This document shows, in pieces, positions 26,629 through 38,333 of a stretch of DNA of 64,000 nt (its first letter is position 1; each line of letters opens with the position of its first letter). Position numbers and translations under genes: made by a program. The stretch lies in the NCBI RefSeq assembly GCF_006345805.1, contig NC_042998.1:129146001-129210000 (forward strand). The letters run 5' to 3'. Source of the DNA: Octopus sinensis. Taxonomy: Eukaryota. Below the pieces are notes generated by a model. The model saw nothing but the letters and a program-made list of their open reading frames with translations, was not told the DNA's origin and searched no databases.

Positions 26629-26874
26629 TTATATATAAGATTTTACACGGATAGTGTTGACAGTGACAGCGAAGTTTTGGCCTCATTTGCCTTAATTGGA
26701 ACTTCGAAGTCCCTATTCTTGTTAAAGGATAATAGATATATGCTTTACAAAAGGTATCGAGTAATCCTTCAGTTTACCGTAAAATATTTATTCTTATAAA
26801 CCGACAAAATACAAATATATATATATATATATATATATCTATATGTACATGCATACACATAGTTATTCACATAT

Positions 26875-27492
26875 GATTGATTGATTGATTGATTGATTCT
26901 AGTTTCAGCTTATGCAGTGTGGCCATGCTGGGGCACCGCCATGTGTGGTTGCTACTTGTTTCACTTCATGGAGGCTTTCTAGCAACTGCTATTTGGTGCA
27001 TGAGAGAGTTCGATGCAGTGCCCTCATCTGCCCCTCCGCCCGTGAAGTTGGTTCATCTGGGACACCTGACAGGAAGAGATCCAGCTTCATTTTAAAGACA
27101 TCTGTATCCACCCCATGCAGGTCTCTCAGGTTCTTCGGGAAGGATATTGAAGAGCTGTGGGGCCTCGGAAGCCCAGGCTATCACAGAATCTTGTCCTACA
27201 TCTTGATGGCAGGTTTGGAGTCCTAGGCACCACGCAGTGCGCCCAGTTCTGGCATTTGCGTAAACTCTCGATGCCAAAGTCAGGACAATTCCCTCCAGGA
27301 TCTTCCAGATGTATATTATGGCATATCTTTCCCGCCTACGCTCCAGGGAATATAATTTTAATCTCTTGAGTCTTCCCAGTAGCTTACATTCTGCATAGAG
27401 GCTATTCTTTTGTGTAGCTTCGTTGGATCGCCTCAAGTTCTGTGATCAACTTGACAATGGATGGTGACCATAGCTGAGAGCAATAGTCAATC
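26875..27492 (-). mobile_element. CR1-clade LINE 3' fragment with (TCAA)n tail
   Basis: LDYCSQLWSPSIVKLITELEAIQRSYTKR, RLKRLKLYSLERRRERYAIIYIWKILEG, GPQLFNILP; 3' end GGCGGTGCCCCAGCATGGCCAC...CTGAAACTAGAA(TCAA)n. Confidence 0.85.
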
Positions 27493-27839
27493 AATATATA
27501 TATGCAATATATATATAGTCAATATATATATGCATATGCATATCCATGTATATGTATATATATATATATTATATATATATATATATAATATAATATATAT
27601 ATACATGTGTATAAACACCAACAGGCAACACATATATTACATGTAAGTCAGTAAATGAGAAAGAAATGGGTACCGGACAGAGAACAATATCGTATATAAT
27701 AGATGTTTATACTTTATTTTCTGTAGTGATACTCTTTTCTTGGCCTTGGGGGCTCGGAATACACATGCAATCTACAGCCTACTCCCGTTCTCGGACATGC
27801 AAAGCACACACACCACACATATATATATGCATATATATG

Positions 27840-27870
<31 letters not shown>

Positions 27871-27874
27871 AATG

Positions 27875-27914
<40 letters not shown>

Positions 27915-27922
27915 AATGAATA

Positions 27923-27968
<46 letters not shown>

Positions 27969-28344
27969 CTATATATATATATATATATATATGTATATGT
28001 GCATATAAGATAATTCATTGAAACAGATTATCAACGAATTGGAAGAATTAATCACAAAACAAACGTGGAAGAAGCTTTGAGATGAAATCACTCAGTGTTT
28101 CTATGACTGTATTTTATGTATTGAGTGATGGATTGTTGATAACACTACATTCTTACCCATACTTCATATTTACACACACACAACCACACACAGACACACA
28201 CACACAACCACACACAGACACACACACACATATACAGCACTCGTACGTGATCGCGCAGCTACATCAATATTTTACTGTTTGTGTGTGTATATATACATAA
28301 ACATAAGCACACATACATATATATGCAAATAACGGACTGCCTGA

Positions 28345-28383
<39 letters not shown>

Positions 28384-28403
28384 CACCACACACACACACA
28401 CAC

Positions 28404-28467
<64 letters not shown>

Positions 28468-28640
28468 GTACATATGCATTATGTGTAAATATATATGTGT
28501 ATGTATATAACACATATTACTAGTACACGTACGAATATATTTACACATATAATATATATATTGATGTGCACTATAAATATGTGTTATATGACACAATGTA
28601 CGAGTAGAGCATGCAGATTTCTGCTTAAACTTCAATAAAT

Positions 28641-28683
<43 letters not shown>

Positions 28684-29577
28684 TATATTATATACGTATA
28701 GATATATACTTATATATATATGCATATATAATAATATAATAATATATATATATATTATATATTATATATATATCTATATTATATATATATATATATATAA
28801 TATATATATTATAAATCTATAACATATATATGATATATATATATGTATAAACACATATATGCACACTTTCAAATACGAATATACTTAAGATATACAAATA
28901 AATGTTCACCAAAAGAATACTAAGTCTTCTACATACTAACTTATTTCTGTTTTTTTTTTCTTGTCCTCGTTTGCGGTTGCTGATATTTCTATTTTTGCTG
29001 TTTTCCTGGATACCTTTTTATTATAATACTATTGTTGTGATATTACTGTTGTTCCATATTTTATTCATATCAATACTGTTGTCTTTAATGATGGCGCACT
29101 TTTAGCTCTTGTTCATGCAACATATATTTATCTTGATCTGCAGTGTATAACTCATATTTGTATTTCCGTTTGTTCCTTTGGATATGCAGCGTGTATCTGT
29201 ATATATACATTATATCTTCTTATGTGCATGTATGTCATAAATATATGTATGCAAATATAACGTACAAATATAATGTATATGATGTACAATTATAATGTAT
29301 ATAGTGTCCTTTATTATTATACTGGTTTGAGTTACTGGGCTGCTTCTTTATTAGAGCTGTTAGTAATTTTAGTACTTATTCTATACTACTTGCCTGAACG
29401 CTGAGTTAAACATTAAACATAAACACAAGCGCATATACATTGAAACATGTATATATCCGAATCATTGGTGTAACCATGATGTTCTGATGATCTGATGATC
29501 TGATGAGCTTGCTTTCTTTATTTGCATTGATTTGTGAATATACAATTGTATTGCATAATGCCGAGCAAGCATATTAA

Positions 29578-29782
29578 TCCTTTCCACTATAGGCACAAGG
29601 CTGAAATTTGGGGCGGGTGCAAGTTGATTACATCAACCTCAGTATTTCACTGGTACTTAATTTATCGACCCCGAAAAAATGTATCACAAAGCCGATCCTA
29701 GCGGAATTTGAACTCAGAATGTAAAGGCGGACGAAATGCCACTATGCATTTTCCCCGGCGTGCTAATGATTCTACCAGTTTG
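29578..29782 (-). mobile_element. SINE family B
   Basis: GGCACAAGG.TGAAATTTGGGG...CTGGTACTTAATTTATCGACCCCGAAA...GGAATTTGAACTCAGAATGTAA. Confidence 0.8.
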
Positions 29783-29918
29783 AATGCAAACATGGAAGCA
29801 TAACTTCTTCCATATTGAAATTACTTCTACATGAAAAAGGCTGCGAATCGGTCGCAACCCTAACGATGTCATGTAGCTAAATAAATATATTAACCCTTCA
29901 TAACTCCCGACTTCTAAT

Positions 29919-29953
<35 letters not shown>

Positions 29954-30045
29954 CACTTGATATCCTTAGGGTTACGGCCGCCTCGCAGCCTTCTTCATGT
30001 ACAAATAATTTCGGTATTGAAGAAATTAAGTTTCCACGTTTGCAT

Positions 30046-30175
30046 TCGAGCTGGCAGAATCGTTATCACGCTGGGCAAAATGCATAGCGGCATTTCGTCT
30101 ATCATTACATTTTGAGTTCAAATTCCGCTGGGGTAGGCTTTGTCTTTCAGGATCGATAAATTAAGTACCAGTAAA
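30046..30175 (+). mobile_element. SINE family B, 3'-truncated
   Basis: CGAGCTGGCAGAATCGTTA...GAGTTCAAATTCCGC...GATAAATTAAGTACCAGT. Confidence 0.8.
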
Positions 30176-30777
30176 GTAATTTTGTTAATATGGAGTGTTT
30201 AACGTCTTTTAACAAGGTGTCGTCATCTACAAAAATTATGCTCCGACAAGTGAGGGGACAGTCTAAAATGCGTTAAACTATGTCGGCTGCCATCTGTGAA
30301 GGTGGGTAGTTGACTTCTAGTTCTTTAAAAATTGAGGTGTATATATCATGTAAATGTTTCTGACCTCTAGTTTAGGAGGTCAGATGATGACACCTAGTTA
30401 AAGGGGATTAAACCTTTTCTGGGTTATGTTTAACTATCGAGGAAAAAGTTTCGCAGTTGTTTTAATCCGGAGAAGTTACACGGATGCTTGTAATAGTATG
30501 GAATCTGTTTAAGACATTTATGATCCAGATGTCATAAACAGAGTATTATGAATAGTAGGGGATCGATTAGGTCAAATGTGATAATGTGATACAAGTTCGT
30601 TTTTGTAATGCTGTTTTGTGTTCGTATCGTACAATGTTGTGAGTCTTGAAAATATGTGGTGTTATGGCGATAAGCGAATGACTGGGATTTGTAATTCTAA
30701 AAGACGATATTTGCTTGAGCATATTGTTATTAGCTCTACTTTGATAAATCATTATCTTTAACAAAGAAGCCTCAGTT

Positions 30778-31399
30778 CTTACCTATTCTCGATGTGCTAC
30801 TTTTATTGATTGAGTAAATATTCAATGAAATAGATCGATCATTTCATCAAATTTAACTGATTATTCAGTCTGATTCCTTATCAGAGTGAAATGGCTGAAT
30901 GATTAGCGAAACGAAGAATCATTTATTACGCATTGCGTTTTTAATGTGCCTTAGCGGGTATACAATTTGGAGGGAATATTTACCTTATCTGGATAATGCT
31001 ACCAAAAGTGAGACTGTAGTTTCACACATTGAGAAAGGGGGAAGCAACATATTACTCACTTCTTTAGTATTTATTATTAAATGGTTGGCAAAACCCGACT
31101 TTGTGGGAACTTAGTTACTATATCTGATCTGAGTTCAAATCCCGTCATGTTCGATTTTACTTTTCACCCTTCCGATATTTCTAAAAGAAAAATGTTACTG
31201 GCATATGCGAAATTGGTTAAATTAATTTATTATGAAAAAGAAAACTGAATAAGGTTTCTTTCCTCCAAATCCAAATGAAATTCATCACTCTGATAAAGAA
31301 TCAGTCTGAGTAATCAATTAACAAATTCGACGAAGTGATCGATCAATTTCATTGAATATTTACTCAATCAATAAACGTAACGTATCGAGAATAGGTAAG
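30778..31399. mobile_element. Putative MITE or fold-back element with about 115-bp imperfect terminal inverted repeats
   Basis: CTTACCTATTCTCGAT...TTTATTGATTGAGTAAATATTCAATGAAAT.GATCGATCA...TTATCAGAGTGA mirrored at about 31280-31399; TCAGT on both flanks. Confidence 0.65.
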
Positions 31400-31782
31400 T
31401 CAGTAAAATAATAATACCGTACGTAGGAAACAAGCCACTTTGTAAAAGGGTTATAAATCGATTTGATTGAGGCCATTATGAGATCTCAAGAAGATATAAA
31501 CACGTGGTTTTGGCATGATTTGTACCGTCAGTGTAACTGAATCCAGCAACGCATTTTTTCCGCTGCGGAAGTTATTATCCTAATCTAAAATAACCACATG
31601 GAACGACATGTCAGTAGTATTTGTAGATTATGTTTTTAAACTAAGAGAACTAAAACATCTTTTTCATTTCAATTATTCTTTTTTTCTTGTACTGGTAATT
31701 AAAATGAATTTCTGTTAATGTTGTTACAATATCGAAAGGATCATTAACATAGCCTTTATATACAATTGCTATGGTAATGTTG

Positions 31783-31812
<30 letters not shown>

Positions 31813-31821
<9 letters not shown>

Positions 31822-32224
31822 TCTTTTACTTGTTTCAGTCATTTGACTGCGGCCATGCTGGAGCACCACCTTTAATCGAGCAACTCGACCCCGGGACTTA
31901 TTCTTTGTAAGCCCAGTACTTATTCTATCGGTCTCTTTTGCCGAACCGCTAAGTTACGGGGACATAAACACACCAGCATCTTGTTGTCAAGCAATGCTAG
32001 GGGGACAAACACAGACACACAAACATGCATGCACACACACACACATATATATATACATATATGCGACGGTCTTCTTTCAGTTTCCGTCTACCAAATCCAC
32101 TCACAAGGCTTTGGTCGGCCCGAGGCTATAGTAGAAGACGCTTACGCAAGGTGCCACGCAGTGGGACTGAACCCGGAATCATGTGGTTGGTAAACAAGCT
32201 ACTTACCACACAGCCACTCCTGCG
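31813..32224 (-). mobile_element. Full-length SINE family A
   Basis: Reverse complement of the 18313-18714 element with few differences. Confidence 0.9.
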
Positions 32225-32479
32225 TCAGTCCCAAACAACAATTACACTTCACAGGCGTTTTTTATGGAAATGTTCCACCAGTATTCCTTGTGTTGATGTT
32301 TGTGTATGCATTCAACAAAAGTGGAATTCTCTATATTTATTTCAGGACAGTTATTTTCTGAATGGCATAGTGTATTGCTTTTGCGACACTGTCGTGTTGC
32401 ACAGAGAGGTAGTACCTTGATAACATTTTTGAGCAGCTGCTAATTACTTGTGTGATGTCTTTCAGAGAAATATGTTATA

Positions 32480-33009
32480 ATCTACGTTCTCAGTTAAGCC
32501 TTGGAACCTCAAGGGCTTCGCTGTCTCTTTCGTTTGTTAGGTATTTAGTAGCAATCTCCTGATCTTGAATTGCAAATGCATAGCCTTTGAGGTGTAATGT
32601 AGCCGTCATGAGTCCAAGAGAGGTTTCGCTCTATGTCAGTATTACTGTCTACTTCAAGCCTTCTGGAAATATACTCATGCATGGTCTTTGGTACACTAAG
32701 CATTTCACATCCAAGACTTCGTGGTAGATGTTTTAGTTTTGCAAGAGAGGTCATCAGGAAGAGAGTGCTTCCTGAGGAGCTCGCTACCGACAAGCAAGAT
32801 ATTGTTCACTTCGCTTTTCAGCACTAAGTTAGTGTATTTATTTTTGCTTATATTGTTTGGCAAGTGTTATCTGAGAGAGACTCTACGGCATTTCGAAAGC
32901 TGTCTTCACAGATCTCAAGCCTCTAGCTCCTTTGCCGCTTCGTAGGTAGAGCCAGTCGATATCACTATTTCTGTGAAGATTTCCTGTTGATGTCAGCATC
33001 TTGCGTATG

Positions 33010-33010
<1 letters not shown>
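32480..33010 (-). mobile_element. R4/Dong-clade LINE internal fragment (post-RT region)
   Basis: IRKMLTSTGNLHRNSDIDWLYL..GKGARGL.SV; KTMHEYISRRLEVDSNTDIERNLSW; GYAFAIQDQEIATKYL. Confidence 0.75.
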
Positions 33011-33042
<32 letters not shown>

Positions 33043-33259
33043 TGTATGTATGTATGTATGTATGTATGTATGTATGTGTGTATGTATGTATGTTTTTTCT
33101 TTCTATGAGCATATAAATGTAAATACGTATGTTTAATTATATGTAAACATATATGTAAACATATATGTATATGTATATACATTCAAAATGTGACCGCGTG
33201 TGTACCGTGGCGATTTCTTTTCCTCTATCTTCCCTTCTCTGGATCTTTCCTTCTCCTAT

Positions 33260-33294
33260 GTTTCCGACGAAGAGCTCCGCTCGAAACGTTAAAC
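33260..33294 (+). ncRNA. Minimal type-I hammerhead-like variant (CCGACGA core) in a short pyrimidine-rich repeat (about 33190-33392)
   Basis: GTTT-CCGACGA-A-GAGC TCC GCTC-GAAA-CG-T-T-AAAC: stem I GTTT/AAAC, stem II GAGC/GCTC, palindromic ACGT stem III. Confidence 0.55.
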
Positions 33295-33438
33295 CCTCCT
33301 TCTTTCCTTCTTTCCTGAGCGCCCAATAATACTATATTTGTTCCACGTCTCACGTTGTTGTGTTTTTTCGTGCTTTCTTGTTTGGATTAACTATATATGT
33401 ATATATGTACATGTATATGTATATACATATATATGTAT

Positions 33439-33471
<33 letters not shown>

Positions 33472-33955
33472 CATATATATATATACACACACACATATAT
33501 ATACATATAATAAATATACATGTATTCTTTCTACAATTTGTATCGTATCTTACATCAAATAAAGCTTATCACTCTTTAGCACACATAATTGCAGCACTCA
33601 AAATACCACTACGCACACACAGACATTATATATATACACACACACCATTCATATATGCATTTATATATCTTTATGCATGTACACTCACGCGCACATCGCA
33701 TGCGTGCGAAGGCTCGTGATTACATACACACTCATATATGCCGATATGGAGTAATAAAATTTGTAAAACAATGCAACAACTACATTTTCACTATTTTAAT
33801 ATTCATGGTAAAATTTCCAGCTAATCCACTTTAATCCGATTAGTTTCGTCTGAGAACTTCTGAAAATTAGCCAAGTTAGCATTCTTGTACAGCGTAAAGC
33901 GAAGCCAATAAGGGTTTTAGTCTCTCTCTCTTTCACTATCTATCTATCTGTCTAT

Positions 33956-34030
33956 CTATTTGTCTCTCTGCCCGTCTGTCTGCTTCCGTGTGTCTGTGTT
34001 TGTCTCTCTGCCAGTCTGCCTGTCTGTCTG

Positions 34031-34061
<31 letters not shown>

Positions 34062-34064
34062 GTC

Positions 34065-34098
<34 letters not shown>

Positions 34099-34115
34099 CT
34101 GTCTGTCTCTCTCTG

Positions 34116-34180
<65 letters not shown>
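33956..34180. repeat. (TCTG)n-(CT)n-(AT)n compound microsatellite
   Basis: Direct reading. Confidence 0.9.
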
Positions 34181-34182
<2 letters not shown>

Positions 34183-34467
34183 CCAACTAGCTAACTGTCA
34201 AATCAAGTATGTATATTTGTAGTCTTTCCACTCCTCTCTCTCTCTCTCTTCTTCTGAGTGTGTTTATATAAACACACCAGGACATCAGTCTCGATGACTA
34301 TTCGATCGTTTCATCCATATTCTCTTCTGTAGATCACCCAGCCAGATATCTCTTTGTGATCAGCTAGTCTCTACACACTGGCCTCCTGGATTCTTGTCTT
34401 AGATGCGAAAAATAATATATTTTCATATATCAAACATTCATGCTCAATGAACTCAACCACAAAAGCG

Positions 34468-34794
34468 TTTTCCTATAAAACAAATATCTTCACCCCACAT
34501 ATACAAGCTACACACATATATATGCATATCCAAACCTCACTCACGCTCAAACCTTCATGAAATAAAATACACATATAAATGCACCATTTTCTCTATCAAC
34601 GCACTTACTTACATCACATCCCACCACCTCAACGCTTTCATAAATACTCTAATCACAATACAAACACCACTCCAGTGCATTCTAGCTCACAGGTACAGTT
34701 CGTACAGCCTTCCTGATGAATAACTTTATTTCGAAACGTCAATGAATTCTCGTACATATATAAAACATATTCCCATCTAGCTTATACAGTGTAA
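34468..34794 (+). repeat. About 325-bp repeat arm with hammerhead-like core (34713-34740); probable PLE terminal-repeat derivative
   Basis: CTGATGA-ATAACTTTATTTC-GAAACGTC; inverted copy at 35767-36090. Confidence 0.75.
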
Positions 34795-34918
34795 TCTGAT
34801 ACAAACTAAAACGCAATTCTAAGTCACTCCTGGCTCCTTTATTTTCCCCTTTCTTACATCTTTTGATCCATCCTTACGAATGACTTTTTTCGAAACTCAA
34901 AGAAACATACATACATAC

Positions 34919-35043
<125 letters not shown>

Positions 35044-35766
35044 AAATTAAAAGTCAATAAAAGAAAACGGAGAAGAAAAATTAAAAGACGTTTGGTTCAT
35101 TTTATTTGTATTACAGATGGAAAAGTAATGCAAATTAAAAGATGAAACGATATACTTGTTAGAACAAGTATAAAAGGAACCGGAACAAGTTTAAAAGGAA
35201 CCGCATCAACAAAATAACCCCAAAATATCCAAACAGATATTCCACGTATGTTTCAATATAACGATATTTTAGAATCATCAATAATTGTAACTTTTAAAGA
35301 GATAATAAACGGTATAGTGTTAGATCTCTTCAGGAAAAGTAAGTATATTTTAGTCTTGAGTTACGAAATGACTTATTTGAAGACTGTTTAGGAATTGTCG
35401 AATGTAAACAAACTACTTTGAAAGACGCAGAGTCCATGCAATTAGAAAATTTAGCTAGTAATTTAATTTTCGTTCTCCATTTCCTTTTATTGATATTTTG
35501 ATTTTATGAGACTGTTTATACATATATATTGAGGAACATTCTATCAATATATTTGGTTAAACTCTGTTGGCATCAAACTCTGTGCGTATATACGTTTACA
35601 AGATTGTTGCCCATCATGTAAACGTTAGGACTTGGCTTCGCTGTTATATCTAGAACTTGTAGTCACAACGTAAGCATTCAACGGGTTTAATGTGATAATA
35701 CTCGTGGTGTTGCTGCTGATAACACCTTATAACAGCTCTAAATGAGCAAGCTGTGATGATAAACTG

Positions 35767-36090
35767 TTACACTGTATAAGCTAGCAGGGAAGATGATTTA
35801 CATATGTACGAGAATTCATTGACGTTTCGAGATAAAGTTATTCATCAGGAAGGCTGAACGGAAGTACCTGTGAGCTAGAATGCACTGGAGTGGTGTTTGT
35901 ATTGTGATTAGAGTATTTATGAAGGTGTTGAGGGGGTGGGATGTGATATAAGTAAGCGCGTTGATAGAGAAAATAGTGCATTTATATGTGTATTATATTT
36001 CATGAAGGTTTGAGTGTAAGGGAGGTTTGGATATGCATATATATGTGTGTTGCTTGTATGTGTGGAGTGAAGATATTTGTTTTATAGAAA
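35767..36090 (-). repeat. Inverted copy of 34468-34794 with hammerhead-like core (35821-35848)
   Basis: Minus strand reads CTGATGA-ATAACTTTATCTC-GAAACGTC; colinear match over the whole arm. Confidence 0.75.
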
Positions 36091-37047
36091 CATCTGATGT
36101 ATTTTCCCTGTAATATGTGTATTACAATATTAGTTACAGTATCGTACATTAAATATTATTTAGTCTGATGTGCTAGAGATTGGCTTTCATTTCTCGTTAG
36201 ACCACGCGGTTAGTTTCATGATCGTGTTAGTCATAGCCTATCGTAAGAGTGAAGAACCGAGTTCAAATCACACATTTCGCATCTACCCATACGTCTAATT
36301 ATTAGCAGCACAATGAAAAAAATAATCCCAGTAATGAAAAATCACTTCAGATCAGCTAAACGGAGAAGGCAGCAAAAACTGAGCTATTGAATGGAAACTC
36401 AACAAGTTAGTATATCATATGACACGTCGTTCCCACTCTTAATACATTGAATATTATTTTCAACAGATTTGTTACACGAATATGCTTGAATTGGAGATAA
36501 CAGATGGAATTACTTCAATAATATATCTTGTTTACATACAATTGTTGCAAGTAGTCAAGTGGAAACGTATTATATATCTAAATTGTTTGGTTACACATGA
36601 GTATTATGAAAATGTCAATCAAGTACAACGGTTTGTTTAACTGCTGCTTTTGAGAGACTTCAGAGAGTTGCTGTTATGTATATTTTAGTCATTACAATAA
36701 TTTTCCGAAATTATTACAACGATAGCATAACAAGATACTTTAATTAACTCCCAACATGAAAACTTATAAATGATACCACGGGAGATAATTTCTTCTTAAT
36801 AGCATCTACTCTTCTTTGGTGTTCATTTATATAGGATTCTATTTTATTTTTTCCTCGTCAGCTGTATGTAGATATATATGTATATATGTGTGTGCGCGCG
36901 TGTATTTATGTATGTCAGTACGTTATGTATGTATTTTCATATAGAGGGACGTTTGTATATATATATATATATCTATATATATATATAATATAATAATATA
37001 TATGTATATATATATATATTATACACATATATATATGAATATACATG

Positions 37048-37083
<36 letters not shown>

Positions 37084-37422
37084 TATATGAATATACATAT
37101 GTACGTATGAATATATATATGTACATATATATATATACGTATATGTATGTGTATATTATATATTTATATATATCTATGTATGTATACATATATTTAGAGA
37201 GCGAGAGAGGGAGTGAGAGAGGGAGAGGTAAAGAAAGAAAGAGAAGTGGAGTATATGGGAGGAGGAGAGAAAAGAAAGGAGAGAGATGAACACACACACA
37301 CACACATATATATATATGTATATATATTCATATATATATATATATATGCGTATAGGTATGTATATATTATATATATGCATGAAAATATACATTTAGAGAG
37401 AGAGAGAGAGGGAGAGAGAGAA

Positions 37423-37518
37423 AAGAAGAAGAAGAAGAAGAAGAAGAAGAAGAAGAAGAAGAAGAAGAAGAAGAAGAAGAAGAAGAAGAAGAAGAAGAAG
37501 AATGAAGAAGAAGAAGAA
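37423..37518. repeat. (AAG)n trinucleotide tract, 26 uninterrupted units to 37500
   Basis: Direct reading. Confidence 0.95.
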
Positions 37519-38235
37519 ATTAACTGCAGTCATCAGAAATCTGAAGACCGGAATGAGATAGTTGCATGATAACGAAATTGAGAATAATCGATTTCAGTAA
37601 CGAGAAAATTACGTCAAAACAATATTGATTTCTTTCCTGGATATTAGGTCCTCTTTTGATAATTTCATACTTTTTATTGCTTCTGCTACCTTTTTGTTTT
37701 GTCATTTCTTCATGTTAGCAACCAAAAATAATAATATTCCTGTAAGTCTAAGAGGAAAGTACCCCCGAGAAGCTGAGAGGCTATAACACAGTTTCAGTTT
37801 ATGGTTGAAATTTCCTCGCTGTGTTTAAGTCATTGTTGGAATTAAAAAAACGGAACTACATCATAAATATCCGTCTTCTTCTGCTTTAAAATGTTTCACG
37901 ATGCGGCTATACGAGGTAATTACTTGGTAATTCGAAGTCGTGACAAAGGTTTCAAATCGTGACTGAAGCCGATTCACTCATCTTTTTTAAAATATCATAT
38001 GGTATTTTTGCGAAAAGTAACTTTTTTTTACCGTTTCTCAGCGGAGCAATCATCGCTTCGCTGAACCTCCAGAGGTTATACTGATTGGATATTGTTTACG
38101 CAATTTGGGCAGAACAAATATTACGAAGGATTTTCGCGAATTTGCACCGGTTTACCGGTTTTCTCGTCAATGCTTATTGACAAAAAAGCAGATAAATAAA
38201 TGGACATATATATATATATATATATAATATATATA

Positions 38236-38333
<98 letters not shown>

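Noticed and set aside
29483-29507. Three tandem CTGATGA cores
   Set aside because: Simple (CTGATGAT)3 slippage repeat with no GAAA or stems.
30195-30235. Minus-strand FVDDDT resembling the RT YADD motif
   Set aside because: Isolated motif with no supporting flanking RT blocks that I could read.
37213-37569. Poly-lysine ORF
   Set aside because: Product of the (AAG)n tract.
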